Assembly (NCBI GenBank): GCA_963714785.1
Contig: CAVQQE010000012.1
Location: 147,027-211,026, forward strand
Source: an uncultured Acidobacteriota bacterium
Lineage (GTDB): Bacteria; Acidobacteriota; Terriglobia; Acidiferrales; UBA7541
Reading direction: 5' to 3'
DNA length: 64,000 bases
Positions 36,691 to 44,966 of the stretch are shown here, piece after piece. Position 1 is the stretch's first letter; each line of letters begins with the position of its first letter. The notes under the pieces are model-generated. The model was not told where the DNA came from, searched no databases, and saw nothing but the letters and a program-made list of their open reading frames with translations. The position numbers were made by a program, and so were the translations under genes.

Positions 36691-38085
36691 ATGGCCAGTA
36701 ACGGAAACTCCTCGAACGGCAATTCCTCACAGGGACAGAATGATTGGGAAACAAATCCACGCTGGAAGGGCGTGACACGTCCTTATTCGCAGGCGGACGT
36801 TGAAAAATTGCGCGGCTCGGTGAATATCGAGCACACGCTGGCGAAGCTGGGCGCTGAACGGCTATGGAAGATGCTGCATGAAGAACAGTTTGTTCGTGCA
36901 CTGGGCGCGACGACGGGCAATCAAGCGGTGCAACAAGTGAAAGCAGGGCTGAAGGCGATTTATGTGAGCGGATGGCAGGTGGCCGCGGATGCTAACAATG
37001 CGGGGCAAATGTATCCGGACCAAAGTTTGTATCCGGCTGACAGCGTTCCCAATCTTGTGCGGCGAATTAATCAGGCGCTTATGCGCGCCGATCAAGTTCA
37101 TCACGCAGAAGGAAAAGACGACATCTATTGGTTCGCTCCGATGGTTGCAGATGCCGAGGCGGGGTTTGGCGGCAATCTTAATGCGTTTGAATTAATGAAG
37201 GCAATGATTGAGGCTGGGGCGGCCTGCGTACATTTTGAAGACCAATTATCGTCGGCCAAGAAATGCGGGCACCTGGCGGGAAAAGTTCTGGTTCCGACGG
37301 TTGAAGCGGTCCACAAATTAGTGGCCGCGCGGCTGGCTGCGGATGTGATGGGCGTGCCCACTTTGATTCTGGCGCGAACGGACGCCGATAGCGCCACGCT
37401 TTTGACCAGCGATGTCGATCCACGCGATCGGGAATTCATCACCGGCGAACGTACGGCTGAGGGATTTTTCCGCATTCGCGGCGGAGTTAAATCGGCAATC
37501 GCGCGCGGGCTTGCCTACGCGCCTTATGTGGATTTGATTTGGTGCGAGACTTCGAAGCCGGATTTGGCGGAAGCTCGGGAATTCGCGGAAGGCATTCACG
37601 CGAAATACCCCGGGAAAATGCTGGCCTACAATTGCTCACCATCGTTCAACTGGAAGAAAAATCTCGATGACGCTACGATCGCACGTTTTCAGGATGAGCT
37701 GGCTTCGATGGGATACAAATTCCAGTTCATTACGCTGGCGGGATTCCACGCGCTAAATTTGACCATGTTCGATCTGGCGCGTACTTACAAGCAGAGTGGG
37801 ATGACGGCTTACTGCGAGTTGCAGGAAAAAGAATTCGAATCGGAACGAGCGCATGATTACGAGGCAGTGAAGCATCAGCGATTCGTCGGCACGGGATATT
37901 TCGATGCGGTGCAGCAGGTGATTTCGAGCGGGACGGCTTCAACTACGGCGATGGAAGGATCAACAGAGGCGGAACAGTTCGAACACTCGGCCGATGTGAA
38001 GCGGAGCTCTGCAAATACGCCGAAGCCTTCGGAGCGTCGCGTTCCAGGAATGGCGGCAAAGGCGTCAGCTACCGCCGCCGACTAG
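36691..38085 (+). CDS. aceA: isocitrate lyase
   Basis: Start at ATG 36691 (AGAGAGG 7 nt upstream). Includes [11 protein letters not shown] and the catalytic-loop motif [12 protein letters not shown]. It carries an N-terminal NGNSS x2 repeat and a roughly 35-aa C-terminal tail. Confidence 0.9.
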   Translation: MASNGNSSNGNSSQGQNDWETNPRWKGVTRPYSQADVEKLRGSVNIEHTLAKLGAERLWKMLHEEQFVRALGATTGNQAVQQVKAGLKAIYVSGWQVAADANNAGQMYPDQSLYPADSVPNLVRRINQALMRADQVHHAEGKDDIYWFAPMVADAEAGFGGNLNAFELMKAMIEAGAACVHFEDQLSSAKKCGHLAGKVLVPTVEAVHKLVAARLAADVMGVPTLILARTDADSATLLTSDVDPRDREFITGERTAEGFFRIRGGVKSAIARGLAYAPYVDLIWCETSKPDLAEAREFAEGIHAKYPGKMLAYNCSPSFNWKKNLDDATIARFQDELASMGYKFQFITLAGFHALNLTMFDLARTYKQSGMTAYCELQEKEFESERAHDYEAVKHQRFVGTGYFDAVQQVISSGTASTTAMEGSTEAEQFEHSADVKRSSANTPKPSERRVPGMAAKASATAAD

Positions 38086-38594
38086 CTTCGTTGCGCTAGT
38101 ACGATCTTCGATGTGCTGATCACTTGTCCAACGTGGCGCTGGGTGTGATCGGCTAGGTGAACTAACAAACCGCCCAAAGTTGTGGGCAATTTCTGTTGGC
38201 CTACTTCGCGGTGGTCCTCGAGCCGAGTTAGGTCGAATGCGCGAATTCGCTGGGCGCTTCTTCGGAGCGCTGCATTCAATTCTTCGAATAACTCCTCGTG
38301 TTTTGCAGATGCATCTAATTCCGATTTCATCTTGGCGAGCTGATCCGCGGTCAGTTGGTGTCCTTCGGCGTAGGTGAGCAGGCGGTCGAGACTGCGTGCG
38401 ATGTGCCGAAGGTGGAAGGCAATCGGAGCGAGACCCGCGGGACGAGCATTTAGTTCCGCCTCGCTTAGCGAGCGGCACCAGCGATGCAGGTCTTCTTTTG
38501 CGAGTTCGAGGGCGTGCAATACGGCTCGCGGGACGGCTGGAACGTCAGTAAGTGTACCGCTCAGCCACGGTTCTGGCGATTGATTCGGCTTCAT
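38082..38594 (-). CDS. DinB-family (DinB_2) metal-dependent protein
   Basis: 170 aa. The helical-bundle pattern has conserved His positions (HALE.., FHLRHIARS.., HTQRHVGQ). Confidence 0.7.
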   Translation of the reverse strand: MKPNQSPEPWLSGTLTDVPAVPRAVLHALELAKEDLHRWCRSLSEAELNARPAGLAPIAFHLRHIARSLDRLLTYAEGHQLTADQLAKMKSELDASAKHEELFEELNAALRRSAQRIRAFDLTRLEDHREVGQQKLPTTLGGLLVHLADHTQRHVGQVISTSKIVLAQRS

Positions 38595-38725
38595 TATGAC
38601 CCCCCTGCGGAAACTTGTTCGAACGGATGTCTTTGCAATGCTTCGCGATTATCGATGGAGAGCTGTCTTGTCATACGCAATTCTGTGCGATAGAGTAGCC
38701 GCCTTTCCAGCGGGGCGAAACCGAA

Positions 38726-39271
38726 ATGCCGGTCGCGGCGAAAAACGAAAAACTTAAAGTTTTGATTCGCCGGGCTGCGATCCAAAACCGCGTTCGCGAG
38801 GTGGCCCATCAAATTACCAGAGATTTCAAGGGAGAGCGCGTACATCTGGTGGGAGTTTTGAAGGGGGCCTGCATTTTTCTTTCCGACCTTGTGCGCGAAA
38901 TCAGCCTGGAAACTTCGATCGATTTCATTGCCGTGTCTAGTTATGGCAAAGGCAAGCAATCTTCCGGACAAGTACGCGTGCTTAAGGATCTGGATAGCAG
39001 CATCGAGGGGCTCAACGTTGTGGTGGTGGAAGATATACTGGATACGGGACTGACGTTGAGTTACTTATTGCGCGTTCTGCAGCAAAGAAAGCCGAAGACT
39101 TTGAGTGTTGCGGCGCTGCTGGATAAACCTTCGCGGCGGATCAAGGACGTCAAGGGCGACTATATTGGTTTTACGATTCCTGACCAGTTTGTGGTGGGGT
39201 ACGGGCTGGATTATGCAGAGCGTTATCGGAATTTGAAAGACGTTTGCGTCCTAAGTTTGCCGGGGGCATAA
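38726..39271 (+). CDS. hpt: hypoxanthine phosphoribosyltransferase
   Basis: PRPP-binding motif [17 protein letters not shown] and [11 protein letters not shown]. 181 aa. Confidence 0.9.
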   Translation: MPVAAKNEKLKVLIRRAAIQNRVREVAHQITRDFKGERVHLVGVLKGACIFLSDLVREISLETSIDFIAVSSYGKGKQSSGQVRVLKDLDSSIEGLNVVVVEDILDTGLTLSYLLRVLQQRKPKTLSVAALLDKPSRRIKDVKGDYIGFTIPDQFVVGYGLDYAERYRNLKDVCVLSLPGA

Positions 39272-39984
39272 ACTTGTCACTTACCGAGTCCCAAATTACG
39301 CGGTTGATCGATCACACGCTGCTGAAGCCGGAAGCTTCGCGCGACGACATTCAGACGCTTTGCGACGAAGCGCTGGATTACGGATTTGCGTCGGTTTGCG
39401 TGAATCCCTGGAATGTTTCGCAGGCGGCGGAATTGCTTCGCGACAGCGAGGTGCGCGTTTGCACCGTAGTTGGATTTCCGCTTGGCGCGACGCTGTCGAT
39501 TGTGAAAGTTCTGGAAGCAAGCGAGGCAATCAAGGCAGGGGCGCAAGAAATTGACATGGTCATAAATGTTGGGGCGCTGAAATCCGGGCAAGATGCGCTG
39601 GCGGAAGCGGATATTCGGGGAGTTGTGGAAGAGAGCCATCGCGGCGGCGCTCTGTGCAAAGTGATTCTGGAGACTGCACTGCTAAGCGATGAAGAAAAAG
39701 TTCGCGGGTCTCTGCTCGCGAAAAAAGCCGGCGCGGATTTTGTGAAGACTTCAACGGGATTTGGTCCTGGCGGAGCCACGGTGGAGGATGTGCGGTTGAT
39801 TCGTGAAACCGTTGGAAGCGGCACGGGGATCAAAGCAGCTGGAGGCGTGCGCTCGTTGAGCGACCTGCAAAAAATGGTGGAGGCCGGGGCTACGCGAGTT
39901 GGGTCGAGCTCAGGCGTGAAAATTGTGGAAGAGTTTCGCGGCGCGACTCCCGCAAGTTCGGCTGGCGCGAGCGGCAAATACTAA
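39244..39984 (+). CDS. deoC: deoxyribose-phosphate aldolase
   Basis: [18 protein letters not shown] and Schiff-base Lys context DFVKTSTGF. The start is uncertain. TTG 39244 overlaps hpt by 28 nt, and the in-frame TTG 39274 just after the hpt stop is an alternative. Confidence 0.85.
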   Translation: MRPKFAGGINLSLTESQITRLIDHTLLKPEASRDDIQTLCDEALDYGFASVCVNPWNVSQAAELLRDSEVRVCTVVGFPLGATLSIVKVLEASEAIKAGAQEIDMVINVGALKSGQDALAEADIRGVVEESHRGGALCKVILETALLSDEEKVRGSLLAKKAGADFVKTSTGFGPGGATVEDVRLIRETVGSGTGIKAAGGVRSLSDLQKMVEAGATRVGSSSGVKIVEEFRGATPASSAGASGKY

Positions 39985-40129
39985 CTTCGCTGAATTTTCC
40001 TGGAATTCCCCCGCGGTCTTTAACCTACGGCTGTTATAATTAGCCGAAAATTGGCGGCAGACGAGATTGTTTTCGTTTCGCGCAGGCCGAAACACCTCGG
40101 CGGGGACCGAGGCATTCGATTTACTTACT

Positions 40130-41884
40130 ATGGATTCGCTAGGACTCAACTCGAAAGTAGAAATCCCAGCTGAAACTCTTGCCATCCTTGCGGAGATCAG
40201 CGAGGAAATTAACGCCTCCCTGAATTTGGACGAAGTGCTGGCTAGCGCGGCGGCACAAATCAAGCGACTGATCGATTACGAAATTTTTGCGGTCGTGCTG
40301 CCTGAAGAAGGCACGGATCAGATGTATTTTCGTTTTGCGATCGGGCATCGGCCGGAAGTGGTGAAACACTGGCGCATTCCCATAGCGGAGGGAATTATTG
40401 GCTCGGCCGCGGCAACCGGCCAATCGATTCGCGTGGGTGACGTTCGAAACGACCCGCGTTATTTGAATGCGCTGGACGCCGTGCGATCTGAATTGGCTGT
40501 GCCGCTGATTGTGCGCGGGCGCGTGGTTGGCGTTCTGGACATTGAGAGTAGCCAGCCTGATTATTTCACGACCGATCAGCAGAACATTTTGACGCTGGTG
40601 GCCAGCCGCATTGCGGGCGCCATCGAGAATGCCAGACTGTTCGAGCATGAGAAGAATCAGGCGGAGACGTTGTTACTGCTGAACGAGGTGGCGCGCGAAG
40701 CGAATTCTTCTCTGTCAGTTGAAGAAGTCTTGCGACGGGCGGCAGAACTTACTAAACGGTTGATCGATTACCAAATTTTTTCTATTTTGTTGTACGACGA
40801 GAACGACAAGGTTTTTCGTCATCGCGTCACGGTGAAATTCGGGCAGCGTACGCAGGAAAAATATGCGGTGCCTGGGCACGAAGGCATTGTGGGCGCGGCT
40901 GCTTCGACGCGGCGTCCGGTGGTGGTTCCGGACGTGAAGGCCGATCCGCGCTATTTAATGGTCAATCCGGAGACACGGTCGGAGATGGCTGTGCCGATGC
41001 TTTACAAGGACCGCGTGATTGGCGTGATGGACCTGGAGAGTCCGCAGCTAAACTATTTCACTCCCGACCACGTGCAGGCGCTTTCGATCCTTGCGGCGCA
41101 TCTGGCGGTGTCGATTGAAAACGCTCGACTCTACGAGCAGGTAGCGCGAGACGAAGCGCGCATGGAGCGAGACTTGAGCGCCGCGCGGCGAATTCAGGGC
41201 GCATTGCTGCCTCGATTGCCGGGGCCCGAGTACGGGCTCGATATTGCAGCGCGAGTAGTTTCGTCGCGTGAGTTAAGTGGCGACCTCTACGATTTTCTGC
41301 GCTACGGGCCGCAGGAATTGGCGATTGCGATGGGCGACGTTAGCGGGAAGGGAAGCGCGGCGGCGCTTTATGGCGCTGTGGCGATTGGAACGCTCCGCAG
41401 TTTGGGCCCGCAGAAACTGCCTCCCGCTGAAATGCTTCGAGCAGTCAATGGATTTTTGGGCGAACGGCGCATCGAAGGGCGCTTCATGACGCTGTGTATC
41501 GCGACGTGGCATCGTGGGCGTCATAAGCTGCGTATATCGAATGCGGGACAGGAACAGCCGTTCCTTTATCACGGCGGCAAGTGCGAAAGAATTCCGCTAG
41601 AAGGCTTTCCGCTGGGGATGTTTGAAGCTGCTACATACGATCAGAAAAGCTACATTCTCAACTCCGGCGACATACTCGTGTTCTACTCCGACGGTATTGG
41701 CGATACGCAGAACCCTACGACGATGGAGTTTTACGGGCACCACCGGCTCGGAGTTCTAATCGCCGAAAACCATATGTTGGCGGCCGGTGACATCGCGGAT
41801 CGCATATTGGAAGCGGTGGATGGGTTTTCCGATGGGCGGCATGCGTTTGACGATCGCACGTTGGTGGTCTTGAAAGTAAAGTGA
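40130..41884 (+). CDS. GAF-GAF-PP2C (SpoIIE-family) protein serine phosphatase
   Basis: Two GAF domains are followed by a PP2C core (SGDLYDF, GDVSGKGSAAA, FYSDGI, DDRTLVVLK). The start is ATG 40130 or TTG 40067. Confidence 0.8.
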   Translation: MDSLGLNSKVEIPAETLAILAEISEEINASLNLDEVLASAAAQIKRLIDYEIFAVVLPEEGTDQMYFRFAIGHRPEVVKHWRIPIAEGIIGSAAATGQSIRVGDVRNDPRYLNALDAVRSELAVPLIVRGRVVGVLDIESSQPDYFTTDQQNILTLVASRIAGAIENARLFEHEKNQAETLLLLNEVAREANSSLSVEEVLRRAAELTKRLIDYQIFSILLYDENDKVFRHRVTVKFGQRTQEKYAVPGHEGIVGAAASTRRPVVVPDVKADPRYLMVNPETRSEMAVPMLYKDRVIGVMDLESPQLNYFTPDHVQALSILAAHLAVSIENARLYEQVARDEARMERDLSAARRIQGALLPRLPGPEYGLDIAARVVSSRELSGDLYDFLRYGPQELAIAMGDVSGKGSAAALYGAVAIGTLRSLGPQKLPPAEMLRAVNGFLGERRIEGRFMTLCIATWHRGRHKLRISNAGQEQPFLYHGGKCERIPLEGFPLGMFEAATYDQKSYILNSGDILVFYSDGIGDTQNPTTMEFYGHHRLGVLIAENHMLAAGDIADRILEAVDGFSDGRHAFDDRTLVVLKVK

Positions 41885-41957
41885 CTATCCGGCGAGGAGA
41901 GTCATCCCGAACGGCGCCACGCGCCGGAGGGATCTGCTTGAATGCTTTTAACGTTTT

Positions 41958-42818
41958 TCACCGTTCTCCCCAGCGAAGTTTGTTCCGCAATACTTCGTAG
42001 TACGTCTTGCGCGGCGGGCGCACAAACTTAACCTTGGACGAAGATTTGGTGATGACCACATGATCCTGCGGCTCGAGTTGAAATCCAATTTGACCGTCGA
42101 GTGTTAAGTACACGGGCTCGTGCGCCGCGGTGAAATCCAGCTCCACGCGCGACGTATCGGGGATTACGAGCGGCCGGTTGGTCAACATGTGCGGACAAAT
42201 CGGCGTAATGACGAACGCGTCCAAGTCGGGCTGAAGAATCGGGCCGCCCGCGGCGAGGGAATAAGCAGTGGAGCCCGTTGGAGTGGCGACAATAATTCCA
42301 TCCGCGCGGTAGCGGCCGACGTGACGTGAATCCACAAACACGTCAAAATCGAGCATGCGCGCAAGCGCCGCTTTGTTGGCCACCGCTTCGTTCAATGCCC
42401 GCTCGCGCTCTGCAGCTTTCCCGCTGCGCAGAATTTCGGCTTCGAGCATCATGCGTTCGCCGATGCGATGCTCGCCTTTTATAACTTGTTCGAGAAGAGG
42501 ATAAAGCTCGTCGAGAGTAACGCTGGTAAGAAAACCGAGGCCGCCGAGATTCACGGCGAGAATTGGGACGTTCTGCCCATGGAGCGCGCGCGCGGCGGAA
42601 AGAAGCGTGCCGTCGCCGCCGAGAACGATGATGAGATCAACTTTTTGGCCCAGCACTTCGCGCGCTAAGGCCGGAAAATTCGTATGGATGCAGGCCTCCG
42701 TTTCCTGGTCCACCAAGACTTCGATTTGGCGCCCTCGCAGCCATTCCGCGAGAGGTGGAACGACGGACGAGACCATTTCCTTGACTGGTTTGCAGATGAT
42801 GCCGGCGGCGCGAATCAT
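41958..42818 (-). CDS. nadK: NAD(+) kinase
   Basis: GGDGTLL motif, 286 aa, typical PpnK layout. Confidence 0.9.
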   Translation of the reverse strand: MIRAAGIICKPVKEMVSSVVPPLAEWLRGRQIEVLVDQETEACIHTNFPALAREVLGQKVDLIIVLGGDGTLLSAARALHGQNVPILAVNLGGLGFLTSVTLDELYPLLEQVIKGEHRIGERMMLEAEILRSGKAAERERALNEAVANKAALARMLDFDVFVDSRHVGRYRADGIIVATPTGSTAYSLAAGGPILQPDLDAFVITPICPHMLTNRPLVIPDTSRVELDFTAAHEPVYLTLDGQIGFQLEPQDHVVITKSSSKVKFVRPPRKTYYEVLRNKLRWGER

Positions 42819-42836
42819 TTGGAGGGAAATTCTACT

Positions 42837-43631
42837 CTACCCGCGTGCGCGGGCGTGGAGAAAAAACTCCTGATTACCCTCGGCTCCGGTTAAATGGCTT
42901 GCACGCACGCCTAGAATGTCCAGAGATAGTTCGGAGGCTGCCACGGTCACGCGTTCGATTGCTTTCTGATGCTGCAGATTGTCGCGGACGATACCGCCTT
43001 TACCGACTTCGCGTTTTTCCAGCTCAAATTGTGGCTTGATAAGAATCAGGAAATCGGCGCCTCCGACTGCCAGTGGAACAATTGCAGGAAGAACTTTTGT
43101 GACGGAGATGAACGACACGTCCATGGTGATAAGGGAAGCCTGCTCGGGAATATCCTCGGCTCGCAAATATCGCGCGTTGCGTTCGATCGCGACTACCCTG
43201 GGATCCTTGCGCAGTTTCCAGGCGAGTTGGTCTGCGGAGACGTCCACGGCGTAAACGCGCAATGCTCCTTGTTGCAGCAAGCAGTCGGTGAAACCTCCGG
43301 TGGAGCTTCCGACGTCCAGACAGATTTTCCCCCGGGGGGAAGCGCCAAAATCTTCCAACGCGCCTTCAAGTTTTAGACCACCACGGCTTGCGTAACGCAG
43401 AGTCTCGCCGATAATTTCAATTTGAGAGTCCGTTGCGATTTGCGTGCCGGGCTTTTCGATTTTTTGACCGTTCACGAGGATGTTTCCTGCCAAAAGCATG
43501 GCTTGAGCTTTCTCGCGCGAAGGGGCCAAACCGCGTTCGACAATCAGGACATCAATACGCGACTTTCCTGGACGCGCTCGCTTCTGGGAACTGTTGGGAG
43601 GTGCATCATCGCTGGGCGGATTCGATTTCAT
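42837..43631 (-). CDS. tlyA: TlyA-family rRNA 2'-O-methyltransferase (S4 + FtsJ domains)
   Basis: Start reset to ATG 43631, so it no longer overlaps ispA (stop at 43652). S4-like RIDVLIVERGLAPSREKAQ and SAM motif LDVGSSTGGFTD are present. Confidence 0.8.
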   Translation of the reverse strand: MKSNPPSDDAPPNSSQKRARPGKSRIDVLIVERGLAPSREKAQAMLLAGNILVNGQKIEKPGTQIATDSQIEIIGETLRYASRGGLKLEGALEDFGASPRGKICLDVGSSTGGFTDCLLQQGALRVYAVDVSADQLAWKLRKDPRVVAIERNARYLRAEDIPEQASLITMDVSFISVTKVLPAIVPLAVGGADFLILIKPQFELEKREVGKGGIVRDNLQHQKAIERVTVAASELSLDILGVRASHLTGAEGNQEFFLHARARG

Positions 43632-43651
43632 GGGCGGGTTTTCTAGCGGTC

Positions 43652-44533
43652 TTAATTCCGACGAGTGACGAGGAATTGAGCGAGTTGACGAAGCCGCGTT
43701 GCACGTTGACCATAACAATCAAGTTCAAGCAGGGCTTTGGTTTCCAGGTCGTTGGCAATCTCGCGAGATTTTTGGAGACCATATAGAGCGGGGTAGGTGG
43801 CTTTTTGTTGGGCTTGGTCTTTGCCCGCGGTTTTTCCGAGCGCAGCAGAGGATTCAGAGACGTCCAAAATGTCGTCAACTACCTGGAATGCCCAGCCGAT
43901 CTGCTGGCCGAAGCGCCGCAACCGTTCAACATCTTCGTCATTAGCTCCACCAGCAATCGAGCCGGCGACAATTGAACCGCCAATCAATGCCGCCGTTTTC
44001 GAGCGGTGAATATATTCCAACATGGCGCCGTCGGCAGGCTTTTTCTCCGCCTCAATGTCCGCCACTTGTCCGCCGACCATGCCATCGACGGTCCCCGCAG
44101 CAGCGGCGATTTCGGAAATGACCCGAACGCGGCGAGCTGGTTCGATTGCGGAACTTGCAAGCGTCTGAAAAGCAAGGGTGAGTAGCGCGTCACCGGCGAG
44201 GATGGCTATGGCATCGCCGAACACTTTGTGATTGGTGGCTTTTCCGCGGCGAAGGTCATCGTTGTCGAGCGCGGGCAGATCATCGTGGATCAAAGAATAT
44301 GTGTGAATAAATTCGAGGGCGCAGCCAACGGGAATCGCGGGCGTGGGATCGGAAGCGAAAAGTTTTGCCGACTCGTAGCAAAGGATGGGGCGAATGCGTT
44401 TGCCGCCGGCGAAAACGCTGTAGCGCATAGCACGGTGGATGGAAGCAGGCGGCGTGGACTCCGCGGGCAAGAGTTTTTCGAGCGCGGCCTCGATTGCGGC
44501 GTGGTCCTGCTGAAAAAAATCAGGGGTGCTCAC
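43652..44533 (-). CDS. ispA: polyprenyl (farnesyl/geranylgeranyl) diphosphate synthase
   Basis: First DDxxD region IHDDLPALDNDDLRRGK and second motif VDDILD. Confidence 0.9.
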   Translation of the reverse strand: MSTPDFFQQDHAAIEAALEKLLPAESTPPASIHRAMRYSVFAGGKRIRPILCYESAKLFASDPTPAIPVGCALEFIHTYSLIHDDLPALDNDDLRRGKATNHKVFGDAIAILAGDALLTLAFQTLASSAIEPARRVRVISEIAAAAGTVDGMVGGQVADIEAEKKPADGAMLEYIHRSKTAALIGGSIVAGSIAGGANDEDVERLRRFGQQIGWAFQVVDDILDVSESSAALGKTAGKDQAQQKATYPALYGLQKSREIANDLETKALLELDCYGQRATRLRQLAQFLVTRRN

Positions 44534-44581
44534 GCAATCACCGGTGCGATGCTGAAAGATAGATGAAAAAACAGAGGCAAG

Positions 44582-44866
44582 TTATGCCTTATGAGACGGG
44601 CCATTGTCCGGATTGAAAGGTTCGGCCACAATTTTGCCGTCCGCTTTCTTCAATAGAATTTCTACGCGGCCTTCGGCCTCTTCCAGTTGCTTCTGACACT
44701 CGCGCGACAGAGTAACTCCTTCCTCAAAGAGCTTCATGGCCTCATCGAGAGAGAGGTCAGGGCCTTCCATGCGTTTCACGACTTCTTCAAGCCGCGTGAG
44801 TGATTTTTCGAAATCGCCTTTGCGCGGCGGCTCTGGGGGTGCGGGCTTGTTCGGCACTGGATTCAT
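44582..44866 (-). CDS. xseB: exodeoxyribonuclease VII small subunit
   Basis: FEKSLTRLEEVVKRME..LSLDEAMKLFEEGV.L...C...L. 94 aa. Confidence 0.85.
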   Translation of the reverse strand: MNPVPNKPAPPEPPRKGDFEKSLTRLEEVVKRMEGPDLSLDEAMKLFEEGVTLSRECQKQLEEAEGRVEILLKKADGKIVAEPFNPDNGPSHKA

Positions 44867-44917
44867 TCTTCCTCGTCGCGCTGCGCCAAGAGCGCGTTTT
44901 AGATTTCGCCAGGCAGC

Positions 44918-44947
44918 ATTCTAGCGCACGTAAGAGAATGCCAACAA
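44918..44947 (-). promoter_or_regulatory. possible promoter of xseB-ispA-tlyA-nadK
   Basis: Minus strand TTGTTG (44947-44942), 18 nt, TAGAAT (44923-44918). It lies about 50 nt upstream of the xseB ATG. The -35 is weak. Confidence 0.3.
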
Positions 44948-44966
44948 GTTCTTGTCGATTTTACGG

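Noticed and set aside
41889-41930. GC-rich hairpin (cggcgc-cac-gcgccg, with outer ccggcg/cgccgg) between the convergent PP2C and nadK genes as a terminator.
   Set aside because: No U-tract follows on either strand. It may still act as a stability or termination element, but I cannot support the call.
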